This document shows positions 13,099-25,807 of a stretch of DNA of 64,000 nucleotides, piece after piece (the first letter of the stretch is position 1; each line of letters opens with the position of its first letter). The position numbers and the translations under genes are program-made. The notes under the pieces are model-generated. The model ran no database searches. It was not told the origin of the DNA and worked only from the letters and a program-made list of their open reading frames with translations. Origin of the DNA: Phyllobates terribilis (lineage: Eukaryota); NCBI RefSeq assembly GCF_046119375.1, contig NW_027362771.1, positions 389,608,001 to 389,672,000 of the forward strand, written 5' to 3'.

Positions 13099-15754
13099 AG
13101 GTATGTTAGCACGTTCAGGATTTGATTGCAGAAATTTCTGCAAGGTTTCTGCATCTCTTGTCAGCAAAAATGCTGCGGCAAAAATGCACGTTTTGCCACA
13201 ATTTTTGATACGTTATTGTACAGCAATAAATGCTTTTTGGATCTAAATATAGATATTTTAAAAAAAACCTGGGACATTGCTTTAACCCTTGGATTACCGT
13301 CAAACCTGGTGTGAATATATTGGTTAATTTAAATGATTAAAGAATGTGTCTGTTGTATTTCAAATAAAGTGTTTTTCTCTGTGTGTGTGTTTATTTAACT
13401 CTTTACTTACAGGTTTGTTTAGTAATGAGGGTGTTTGTTTGACACCTCTTCATCACTAAACAAAGGGCTTGGTGTCAGCGACACCTAATCCCGTAAACCC
13501 TAATTCCATTAGCATTAATTCTCATTGATGTCATTTCTGGGGCAGCTGAGAGCTGCTATTTTTTGCCTATTTTTAGCTGTTTAGTTAGCCGCTACGTCCC
13601 CACAAACAGCAACCAGCAGCACTTTGGACCCAGCGTATTTTCGCTGCATCCAAAACGCTGTGTTCTAATGCCGCACTTGTTTTGTCAATACATGCGGATC
13701 CACTAGCGTCTCTGCTACAGAAATTGACATGCTGTGGGTAAGTTTTGGTATGTGCCCATGATGAGGAAATGCTGCGGGTTTGAAGATGCTTGTTTATACA
13801 GCATCAAACCGGCAGCGTCCAGATGTTACAGCATAGTGGATGGGATTTCTAGAAATCCCATGTCCACTATGTATGCATCTGAGACTGCGGATCACCTGCA
13901 GACACTGACATGTGGCACGTCTTTCAGTTCCGCAGCATGTCAAATTCACTTGCGGAGTCGCTAGTCTCCGCAACAGAAATGTGACCACTAGATTGTATTG
14001 AATGCTGTAAATCTGCATGGTACAGTGAACACATGTGGATTTACTTGCGTTCAATAGAATACAGCGTTTTGGAAGCAGCAATAATATGTGCTGTGTCCAA
14101 AGCTCTGCTACGTCCGGATCGTGGGCACATATCCTAAATTTAAAAAAATGGCTTGGGCTCCCACGTAATTTTCATAACCAGTAGAGGGAAAGCCGACTGC
14201 TGGGAGCTGATATTAGTAGCCAAGGAAGGGGCCATTAGCCAAAAATGTTCCCTGGCTATTAATAACAGCCCACAGCTGTTTGCCTAGCCTTTACTGGCTA
14301 GATTACAGGGGGACCCCATAAAATTTTTACATAGGGTCACCTTATAAAGTCTAACCAGCAAATGCCAGGCAGACAGCTGTGAGCTAATATTAATAGCCAG
14401 GGAAGGGGCCATGGATCCTGGCCGTGTACAAGGCTAATAATATCAGCTCTCAGCTGCCCCAGAACTGGTGCATCCATAAGATGCGCCAAATCTGGGGCCT
14501 TAACCTTTGCTCTTCCCACTTGCTTTGATGTGGTGGCAAGTGGGTTAATAGGGCTGGGGTTCATGTCAACCTTGTATTGGCGGCTGACATAGAGCCCAGG
14601 TTAGTAATGGAGAGGCGTCTATAAGACACCCTCATTACTAACCCCGTAGTAAGGTTTTGAAATAAAGACACAGCTAGAATAAAGTCTTTTATTTTACATA
14701 AAATTCCACATGGTTTTAATCTTTTATTTAAAAATAAAAATGTGTATACTCACCTAATGACTAATCCCCAAAGCCCTTGCCTCTTGAAAACCAGAAATAA
14801 AAAACAACCATATCCCTCACCTGTCCTCCGTGATGATGTAATCCACAGTGTCCCACGACGATCCAGGTCACTTCTACAGCAGCCGCTTTAGCAATCACTG
14901 ATGTGATTGTTGTAGAAGACAGCACTGTATACACTGACAGGAGTGTAATCACTCCAGTCAGTGTATAACGCTGTGCTGCAGGACTGAGGTCACTTCGATC
15001 AGCTGAGAGCTCCAGTGACCACACTTACTGCCTCAGTGTTGCGTGAGAAAATTCTCACACACCACCGATGCCATAAGTGAGGTTTCTGGCACTCTCAGCT
15101 GATCTTCAGCTGATGAACTCCTGTGAACTCAGTCCCAGCAGCGCAGAGCTATACACTGCCGGGAGCAATTACACTCCTGTCAGTGTATAGCGTGCTGCTG
15201 GTTGATCGGATCACCATGGGACACTCAGGGTATGGAGGTGAGCATAAAGTGTATTTTTTTATATTGATTTATTTTATTTTTTTTACACAGCGCACAGATG
15301 CAGGCTAAGGAGACTACTTCTTCCCTCAGTGGCACCTGCTCTAGCTGTAGTCAGTGGGAGCAGCCATCAGATGATGGGAGGAGCAGTCTCCCGCGGGCAA
15401 TTCTTTGTGTGGTTTTGCTGCATTTTTGACTCATTGACTTGAATTGAGTCAGTCAAATAAGCAGCAAACATCTGCAGCAAATCCGCAAATATTTTTATTC
15501 CTGCTTTTTTCCGTTTTTGCTGCAGATTTGACTGACTTAATTCAAGTCTATGGCTGAAAAAAGCTGCAGAAACACACAAAGAATTGACATGCTGCAGATT
15601 TAAAGGCAATGACAATTCTGACTAGAAAATTCCCGATTTTGTGCACAGCACTTCAGAATTGTCATTGCATGGATTACCTAGCGTTTTTGGTGCATTTCCA
15701 CGAGGAAAAGACACTGTGAAAATGCACCAAAAACGTGCAGTGTGCACATAGCCT
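13099..15754. mobile_element. Harbinger-like composite non-autonomous element with a nested palindromic MITE (~13590-14134)
   Basis: Ends AGGTATGTTAGCACGTTCAGG / TGCAGTGTGCACATAGCCT. The inner inverted arms are CAGCGTATTTT..CCAAAACGCTG / CAGCGTTTTGG. The interior shares sequence (GATGCGCCAAATCTGGGG, ATTACTAACC) with the palindromic element at 21.4-25.6 kb. Confidence 0.5.
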
Positions 15755-18700
15755 CGTAAGTAGCCCTGCAAAGAAGAGAAGATCTGGATGAGATTACACT
15801 TGCCATGAAGAGAAGATAAATATAATAGGTTGGATGATAGTGCCAGTCATAGAGGTGCTGGAAGTTTGATGCAATAGCATGGTAAGAGTGCTTGACGCAA
15901 GAATGGGGGTAAAATGGGAACCCTTGGATGTAAGTATACTGCCTGTAAGGGAGGGGGGTCATAAGTCCTCCTTGTGCCTTTTGTGGGGGAAGCTTTGCTG
16001 TAATACTGGTAATGGTGACTCTAGGATGTGGGTGTAAGGGCATTGGATGTTGCTCACGACCATCTCTCAGAGCTTAACGTGGCCCTAAAGGTAAGTAATG
16101 TTGGGGAGCACTGTTGAAGGGTATAGTACAGCAACAATGAATAAGTGACTTAAGACATAAGTGAATGCAATAAATAAAACAACATCATAAAAAGTTCTAA
16201 TAATGATTTCATAAAGTAATTCATCCAGAAATTGAATGAGTTTTACAATTGTAATTAGTCCTCACCAGGTGCCATTATATCTAAATGAAAATGTTGAACT
16301 GTTGTTTTATTGATGAAAGATTTAATCATTTTTTATATAAAAGATATGGGAATATTACTTGAAATTATATTTAATGTAAAGTAATAACCAAGAGAAGATG
16401 ATATTAAATTCATTCTACAGAACATTAAGATTAAAGTATGCACTTCAGAGGAAAACAATACAGAAAATGCTTGTTATTAAGTAACAAAATAAAAAACACA
16501 ATTCTAAAAAGTATAAAGTTCTTCACTCCTATTTAGAAGTCACTTACTCAGAAATATCTAATAAGTTTAGGGCCATGATGATGGAAGGTGGAGTCAGTGA
16601 TCACCTAGTATATGACTTAGAGTGGTTGGGGGGCAATTCAGAAGTTAGAAAATAATACTTTCCCTTTAAATGCTTAAAATTAAGGTATGTAATATAAATA
16701 AAAAAAATTTAAAGGGCGAAACTAACCAGTGTGATAGCAACGAGAAGTAAACTACTGTCCATGGAGTCATTGATGAGTAGTGTAGTTTATGAATTAAAAA
16801 AAAGAACAGTAATCTACTTTGAAGTGTCTTAATTGTTGACTATTAAAATTAAGTTTGCTATAGATTGAAAGGCAAAGATGCTGAAGGGGACAATTAAATG
16901 AAACATTATTCGTCCAACAGTTTTCAGAAATGCCAGAGACATCAGAGGGCACACTCTGAAACTATTGTAATTTTTTTTCAATATTTTTTTATTAGGTTTA
17001 ACAATAACAAAATACATTTTCTAACATAACTGTTAAAAGAAAAATGATTAACAATAAAATAACAGTGTTGGGAGGGTAGAACAAAGAAATATAAGTTGTT
17101 GGGATTTGTTAGCACAAAATGACTTTCACATATGTCAGGATTGGGGTCAATGTGTGTGAAATGGGCAATGGAGCTGAGATCCTCCACACATGGTACATGT
17201 CGGCTTTAGTACATATAGCTGTCATCTGTCTCTAACAGCAGCGACCGGGGCTGATCTCCGATGGATGTTAACCATTTAAATACCAATGCTGTGGTATTAC
17301 AGTATATAATCCAATTAACCAAATGAAAGGTAGGAGGCGCTAGTAGGCTGGTCACTGGTCAGCAGCGAATAAAGAGACACAAACCACTATGTGTCAGTGG
17401 GATAGTACCAATACAAGTAGGAGTATAATTCGCGCTTGGGTAGTGGGAAAAGGGAAATTAGGGAAATACCAATGTGAAGGCGTTACTAAGGACTAGTCGT
17501 AGATTGGATAAAAATTAAATGAGCTTTATTTGGAATAAATAGATAAAAAGTATTAAAAACAGTTAAAAGTTGATGAAGTCTCCGAACCAGAGGCCAGTAT
17601 ATCTTAGAGAATAGAAGTAACTTATTTGATAGAAGATGATCCTTAACGTGGTCCAGAGGTGTAAAACCTGTGGAAAAGGGTAAGGGGGGTTAGTTTAGTG
17701 GGATTCTTTAATAAGGTCTAGATGGGATAGATGGTAACTAATGTACCTGTTATAGGGTCCTTGTTCTTATTTCTGCACTGGTGGATAAGTACCATGGACT
17801 ATGGACTGCTAGGTAGGTGATCTTATTCCGTGGTGGGAGAACCTACGGGGCTAAATAATAGGTATGGAGGATTAATTAAAATAGAGAGGTGCTGCAAAGT
17901 AAATAGAATGAATGTACCTATTGTATAGTAATCTGACAATCACAGGCTCAATAGTAATTGAATCCAAAAAGAGATATTCACATAAAAAACTATGATAACA
18001 ATAAAACCAAATTGTAAAAAAATGTATATTTTATTGGACAAAATAAACCTCTAAAAGACAAAAAATTACTGAAGGACATTTAAAAACATGATGACAGGGG
18101 AACAATAGTAAATGGAAAGTAATGAGGGGGTATGGTATAATAATTGAAATCAAATGATTATGCCAGCAGAAGATAAATTATAGAAATGGTATAGTCTCTC
18201 TGCTTTTCTGCACACACGGTATTAAGCACATTATCTTATATCATTATGGCATGTTTTATCATGTTTTATTTGTTCCCAAACTTATTAGTTTGCTTATCCT
18301 TTTTATACTCAATTTTTTCTCTCCCTTTTCTTTTTACATAATGGGCATACATTGATCCTTTCCAAATATGGCTATTGGAGATGTTGTGCGCCCCTCTGGG
18401 CATGTCTTAAGTTCTGTGTTGGTGTCTCGACGCATCATGAACTGTGATCCCCTTCTCACTTCAGTAAGGTTGTCATGCTGGATGTATCATGGCGCTTCTT
18501 ATTATTATTTATACAGCTGATTTTGCTTTATATAAATCAACTCTCCTCTTCTTGCCACTACACTCCCTGAGGAAGCACATGTCAGAGGTAATGACGAGGG
18601 AGCATAACATCATCATCATGCTATGGGTCTTTATCTTTTATATGTCCTGTACCAAGTCATTGTTATTTAAATTATCACTATTAGCCTTGTGCAACATTAA

Positions 18701-18971
18701 GTTTATATATTTAATTGCCATTTTTCTAATCTGTGGCATGACTATACCATTTCTTTAATTCCTCCTCCGCTGGCATGGTCATGTCATGCCCTCTCAATGC
18801 TGTCTATTCACTATTGTTTTTCCGTTATCGTATATTTAATTGTCCTTTCGTCTTTTTTTGTCTTTTAGAGTTTTGTTTTGTCAAATAAAATACACTGCTC
18901 AAAAAAATAAAGGGAACACTAAAATACCACATGCTATATATCATTGAATAAAATATTCCTGTTGCAAATCT

Positions 18972-20002
18972 TTATTCATTACATAATGGAATGCGTTGAG
19001 AACAATAAAACATAAAAATGATCAATGTAAATGAGAAATTAATATCCTGTGGAGGTCTGGATTTGGTCTGGATGTTCTCCTGAGGGATCCCCTCCCAGAC
19101 CTGGATTAAAGCATCAGTGAACTCCTGGACAGTCTGTGGTGCAACGTGGCATTGGTGGATGGAACGAGACATGATGTTCCAAATGTGTTCGATTGGATTC
19201 AGGTCTGGGGAACTGGCAGGCCAGTCCAAAGCATCAATGCCGTCATCTTGCAGGAACTGCTGACACACTTCAGCCACATGAGGCCTAGCATTGTCATACA
19301 TCAGAACGAACACGGGACCCTCTGCACCTGCATATGGTCTCACAATGGATCAGAGGATCTCATCTCGGTACCAAATTGCAGTCAGGGTACCTCTAGCTAG
19401 CACATGAAGGGCTGTGCGGCCCTCCAAAAAAATGCCCCCCACACCATTACTGACCCACTGCCAAATCAGTCATGCTGGAGGATGTTGCAGGCAGCAGAAT
19501 ATTCTCCACGGCATCTCCAGACTCTGTCACGTTTGTCACATGCTCAGTCTGAACCTGCTCTCATCTGTGAAAAGCAAAGGGCACCAATGTGGAATCTGCC
19601 AATCTTGGTGTTCTGTGGCAAATGCCAATCTCCCTGCACGGTGTTGGGTTGTAAGCACAACATCCACTTGTGGACGCCAGTGGATGTTTCTGACAGTTTG
19701 AGCAGACTCATGGATGCTAGTGGACTGCTGGAGGTAATTTTGCAGGGCTCTGGCACTGCTACCCCTATTCCTCCTTGCACAAAGGAGAATGTAGCAGTCC
19801 TGATGCTGGGTTGTTGCCCTTCTACGACCCCCTCCATGTCTCCTTGTGTACTGGCCTGTCTCCTAGTACAGTATATGCTCCATGCTCCGGACACTGTGCT
19901 GACAGACACAACTACCCTTCTTGTCACAGCTTTCATTGATGTACCATCCTGGAAGAGCTGCACTACCTGAACAACTGCTGTGGGTTGTAGATACCGCCTC
20001 AT
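18972..20002 (-). pseudogene. Tc1 DD34E transposase, frameshifted
   Basis: [23 protein letters not shown] (HTH); [26 protein letters not shown] with 34 residues between D and E. The middle part is disrupted. Confidence 0.9.
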
Positions 20003-20371
20003 ACTACTGTACCTCCAAGGGTGAGAGCAAGGCCTGCGTTACCACCTGGCACTGAGCAAGCGGGAAAGGCCCACTCACCATCGGGGACACTGGCACGCTA
20101 AGGGGCCCATGAGTCAGGAGGAGCTCTGTACCAGCGCCCACAAGTGGGGCCCCCGCTTGCTTAGGGCCCCCAGCACTTACAATACTTACCTATCCCTGTT
20201 CCACCACAGCTACGGTGTCTTCTGCATCTTCTCTGTGACATCTCAGGGCAGAGGGCACAATGACGTCACTACAGAGCGCCCTCTGTGCTGACTAGTCACA
20301 GTGCTGAGGAGTCCGGAGCACTGCAGCGGCAGCTGGGAACAAGGATAGGTAAGTATTTGATTTTTTAATGT

Positions 20372-21075
20372 ATGGAGCAATATATGGGGGCCATAGTGTA
20401 TAGAGCAACACATGGGGCTCATACTGTATGGAGCAATATGTGGGGCTCATACTACATTGAGCAAAATATGAAGCCCATTCTGTATGGAGCCTTATATGGG
20501 GTCCATTCTGTATGGAGCATTATATGGGGCCCATTATTCTGTATGGAGCATTATATGGGGCCCATTATTCTGTATGGAGCATTATATGGGGTCCATTATT
20601 CTGTACGGAGCATTATATGAGGCCCATTATTATGTATGGAGCATTAATTAGGGTCTATTATTCTGTTTGGAGCATTATATGGGGTCCATTATTCTGTAGG
20701 GAGCATTATATGGGGCCCATTATTCTGTATGGAGCATTATATGGGGTCCATTATTCTGTACGGAGCATTATATGAGGCCCATTATTATGTATGGAGCATT
20801 AATTAGGGTCTATTATTCTGTTTGGAGCATTATATGGGGTCCATTATTCTGTAGGGAGCATTATATGGGGCCCATTATTCTGTATGGAGCATTATATGAG
20901 GCCCATTATTATGTATGAATCATTAAATAGGGTCTATTATTCTGTTTAGAGCATTATATGGGGTCCATTATTCTGTATGAAGCAATATATGAGGCTCATT
21001 AGTCTATATGAAGCAATATATGGGGCTCATTATACTGTTTGGAGCACTATGTGGTGCCCATAATACTGTATGGAG
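20372..21075. repeat. 31-bp minisatellite (TGTATGGAGCATTATATGGGGCCCATTATTC)n, ~22 units
   Basis: Tandem units are directly visible. A 5-unit (155-bp) block is repeated at 20601 and 20756. Confidence 0.95.
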
Positions 21076-21268
21076 GACTATACTCTCCGATCAAAAAATG
21101 AAAACCTTTGAATCCCCCGAGGGCACACACTGTGCGCTGCGAGGATTCTCCAGTTTCTAAGCTATTGTAGGATTTACAATAGATATCACTCATGTAATGA
21201 GAGTAGTAAGTGAAATCTTTGGGATTGTACTATACCTATATTTCTCTTCCATATCTGTGCCTCATGAA

Positions 21269-24200
21269 TAGTGTTGAGCGATACCTTCCGATATCGGGAA
21301 ATATCGGATCGGATTGGATCGGACCGATACCCAAAAAATATCGGATATCGCCGATTCCGATACCGGAAACCAATGCAAGTCAATGGGACACTAATATCGG
21401 AATGAAATCCCAGCGTGAGAGAATTCTCCTGATTGTTTAAAAGCCGGCGGGCGGTAAAAAGCCGACGGGCGGTAAAAAGCCGCCAGCTTTTAAACAATCA
21501 CACAGCCCCATACTGCTTCCCCGCAGCCTCCCATCCCGATCCGCCGCTCCCCCCGCCATCTCCCATCCCGATCGTAAGTTAGGACCGGGCGGTGAGCGCA
21601 GCACCAAGGAGTGGGGAGCGAAGGACCTGGGCGGGGAAACCGGCAGTGAAAAGACTTCACCGCGGGCTTTCCCGTTCTGTGCTGCGCTCTCCCACCGGTT
21701 ATTTCAAATGAACAACTGAGATATCAGCTGATGCTGATCAGCTGTTCATTTGAAGCAGCCGCGGTGCCCTCAGAGGGTTCATGTGAGTTCATGCTTGACT
21801 GCATGAACTCACATGAACTTTCCCATGGCCGCACAGGTCAGCCACACCTCCCAGACCATCCCATCAATACAGGAAGATGAGAATCCCATACCATTCCCGT
21901 CTTCCTGGATCATGGCTGAGCACCTGGGGTGGTACAAGAGGATGGACCTGAATGTCCCGGTCATGATTGGTGTGTGCGCAGTGTCTGTGGGTGTTTGCGG
22001 GTGTCTGTGGGTGTTTGCGGGTGTCTGAGCGGTGCCTGTGGGTGTTTGCGTGTGTCTGCGGGTGTCTGCGTGCAGGCAGACATAGGCCGATGTGACACTA
22101 CTACTCCCATCGGCCTATGTCTGTACCCCGTCCACTCGTGCCAGAAGGATCAGCTCGATGGGAGCAGTAGTTCCCATCAGCCTGATCCTACTATTTAAAC
22201 TGCCCCATATGTTATTTTTGCCCCTATACACATGTTTTATTTTTTTAGGCCCCCATATATTTTTTTTGTTGTTTTTGGTCCCCAATAAATTTTAAATACA
22301 TTTCATTGATGGCCAGTGGTTACCTAAAATAGATTAGTTTATACATTACCTATCCCCGCTGATCGCCACCTAAAATAAAGTAAATAATAAAAAAATACAC
22401 CTATACTCACCTAGACACCTAATTCCCTGAAGCCATCGATCTCCTGTAATAAAATATAAAATAATAAACCACAACCTTTTCCTTACCCTTCCGTAGTAGT
22501 CCACGAGTGTCCCACGATGATCTCCAGTTTAGAGCAGCCACATAAAATGTGACCGCTCTGAACCGCTGCCGCCGCTAGAATGACGGGGCCGTAAAGCAGC
22601 CCCGTCATTGCATAAGCGGATTCGCCGGAGTTCAGGCAGCGCTGCTCCGGTTAGCTCCTTTACGGCCCTGTTGTACCGTGAGAAATTCCCACGGTACAGC
22701 AGGGCCGTAAAGGAGGTCACCGAAGCAGCGCTGACTGAATGCACTCCGGTGACCTCAGTCAGGGCTCACGCTGCCGGGAGCGGACATGTTCCCGGCAGTG
22801 TGAGCTTACAGCAGCCATGCACAGCTATCACCATCTCCAGTTGTGACAGCTGTGCATGGGAGATCAGCGCAGGAACGTGGACAGGTAACTATTTTTTTTT
22901 AGTAAACTAAGGATTGAATAAAATGGTGTGTTTTATTTCAAATAAATTATTTTTTTCTGGGTGTAGTGTGTGTTTTTTCTATTTAACACTTTGTAGGTTA
23001 GTAATGGGGTGTCTTATAGACGCCCATCATTACTAACCTGGGCTTCATGGCAGCTGGCGATGACATGAACCCCACAACTATTACCCCCTGACACAGCACC
23101 AGGGCAGCGTGGAAGAGCGAGGCTAAGTGCCAGAATTGGCGCATCCTATGAATGCGCCAAATCTGGGGCGGCTGAGGGCTGCTGTTTCTAGCCTGGGAGG
23201 GGGCCAATATTCATGGCACCATTCCTGGGCTATTAATATCAGCCGCCAGCTGTCTGCCTAGCCTTTGCTAGATATTAAAATAGGGGGGACCCCACGTCGT
23301 TTTTTTTAGTTGTGTCCGGCCAAGTACAAATAGGCAGCTTGGAGTTGGGGGCAGCCTGTTCCTGGATGCTGTACCTGGCTGGCACACAAAAATTTGGCGA
23401 AGCCCACGTCAAAATTTTTGGGAAAAATTAATAAAAAAATAAATAATAATTTAGGGACTGCATCTTTATTAACCCCTCAAGTGTCATTTAGTGTTAAAAT
23501 AAAGTATGTATTAAAAAAAAAATTGGCGTGGGATCCCCCATAATTTTAGTCTCTAGCAGAGGTTAAGCAGACAGCTGGGGCAGATGTTTGAAGCCTGGGA
23601 AGGGGGTAATACCCATGGAGCTTCCCAGGCTACTAATATCAGCCCCCAGCTGAATACCTAGCCTTTACTAGCTATTAAAATGGGGGACCCCCCAAAAAAT
23701 GACGTGGGGTCCCCCCTATTTTAATAGCTAGCAAAGGCTAGGCAGACAGCTGGCAGCTGATATTAATAACCCAGGAAGGGTGCCATGAATATTGGCCCCC
23801 TCCCAGGCTAGAAACAGCAGCCCTCAGCCACCCCAGATTTGGCGCATTCATAGGATGCGCCAATTCTGGCACTTAGCCTCGCTCTTCCGCACTGCCCTGG
23901 TGCGGTGGCAGGGGGTAATAGTGGTGGGGTTCATGTCATCGCCAGCTGCCATGAAGCCCAGGTTAGTAATGATGGACGTCTATAAAACACCCCCATTACT
24001 AACCTGCGAAGTGTTAAAAAGAAAAAACACACACTACACCCAGAAAAAAATAATTTATTTGAAATAAAACACACCATTTTATTTAATTCTTAGTTTACTA
24101 AAAAAAAAATAGTTACCTGTCCACGTTCCTGCGCTGATCTCCCATGCACAGCCGTCACATCTGGAGATGGTGACAGCAGTGCATGCCTGCTGTAAGCTCA

Positions 24201-25807
24201 CACTGCCGGGAACACGTCCGCTCCCGGCAGCGTGAGCCCTGACTGAGGTCACCGGAGTGCATTCAGGCAGCGCTGCTCTGGTGACCTCCTTTACGGCCCT
24301 GCTGTACCGTGGGAATTTCTCACGGTACAGCAGGGCCATAAAGGAGCTAACCGGAGCAGCGCTGCCTGAACTCCGGCGAACCCGCTTATACCATGACGGG
24401 GCTGCTTTACGGCCCCGTCATTGTAGCGGCGGCAGCGGTTCAGAGCGGTCACATTTTATGTGGCTGCTCTAAACCGGAGATCATCGTGGGACACTCGTGG
24501 ACTACTACGGAGGGGTAAGGATAAGGTTGTGATTTATTATTTTATATTTTATTACAGGAGATCGATGGCTTCGGGGAATTAGGTGTCTAGGTGAGTATAG
24601 GTGTATTTTTTTATTATTTACTTTATTTTAGGTGGCGATCGGCGAGGACAGGTAATGTATAAACTAATTTATTTTAGGTAACCACTGGCCACCAATGAAA
24701 TGTATTTAAAATTTATTGGGGACCAAAAACAACACAAAAAAAATATGGTGGCCTAAAAAAATAAAACATGTGTATAGGGGCAAAATTATCATATGGGGCA
24801 GTTTAAATAGCAGGATCAGGCTGATGGGAACTACTGCTCCCATCGAGCTGATCCTGCTGGCACGAGTGGACGGGAAACAGACATAGGCCGATGGGAGTGG
24901 TAGTGTCACATTGGCCTATGTCTGCATTCACGCAGACACCCGCAGACACACGCAAACACCTACAGACACCGCGCAGACACCCGCAAACACCCACAGACAC
25001 CCGCAAACACCCACAAACACCCACAGACACCGTGCACACACCAATCATGACGGGGACATTCAGGTCCATCCTCTTGTACCACCCCAGGTGCTCAGCCATG
25101 ATCCAGGAAGACGGGAATGGTATGGGATTCTCGTCTTCCTGGATTGATGGGATGGTCTGGGAGTTGTGGCTGACCTGTGCGGCCGTGGGAAAGTTCATGT
25201 GAGTTCATGCAGTCAAGCATGAACTCACATGAACCCTCTGAGGGCACCGCGGCTACTTCAAATGAACAGCTGATCAGCATCAGCTGATACCTCAGCTGTT
25301 CATTTGAAATAACCGGCGGGAGAGCGCAGCACAGAACGGGAAAGCCCGCGGTGAAGTCTTTTCACTGCCGGCTTCCCTGCCCGGGTCCTTCGCTCCCCAC
25401 TCCTTGGTGCTGCGCTCCCCACCCGGTCCTAACTTACGATCGGGATGGGAGGTGGCGGGGGGAGCGGCGGATCGGGATGGGAGGCTGCGGGGAAGCCGTA
25501 AGGGGCTGTGTGATTGTTTAAAAGCCGGCGGCTTTTTACCGCCCGCCGGCTTTTTACCGCCCGCCGGCTTTTAAACAATCAGGAGAATTCTCTCACGCTG
25601 GGATGTCATTCTGATGACAGGCTGGATCACAGCTGAGCGCTGCCATCCAGCTTGTCATCCTTCAGAGACACTGCAGAGCGCAGGCATTATGGGAACTTCC
25701 GATTCCGGTATTCGATATTCTAAAAGTATCGGAACTCAGTATCGGAACTCCGATACCGCGAATATCGGTCGATACCCGATATTACAGTACCGGAATGCTC
25801 AACACTA
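21269..25807. mobile_element. Non-autonomous hAT element (4539 bp) whose interior is a giant inverted repeat
   Basis: TAGTGTTGAGCG ... GCTCAACACTA termini, many ATCGG/CCGAT subterminal motifs, 8-bp TSD CTCATGAA/ATCATGAA. Confidence 0.9.
21401..25610. repeat. Inverted repeat: arms ~21401-23305 and ~23693-25610 (~1.9 kb each), spacer ~390 bp
   Basis: The arms are reverse complements with scattered substitutions and indels. ORF-track peptides mirror each other (21813+ vs 24803-, 22608+ vs 24079-, 22998- vs 23792+). Confidence 0.95.

Noticed and set aside
17290-18885. Possible Penelope-like non-autonomous relic
   Set aside because: Only a general resemblance and a very decayed hammerhead-like motif near 18420-18470. 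No protein motif or boundaries could be established.
21813-25280. Mirror-image ORF pairs that look like a duplicated gene
   Set aside because: They are a by-product of the inverted repeat: low-complexity peptides with no domain or splice structure.
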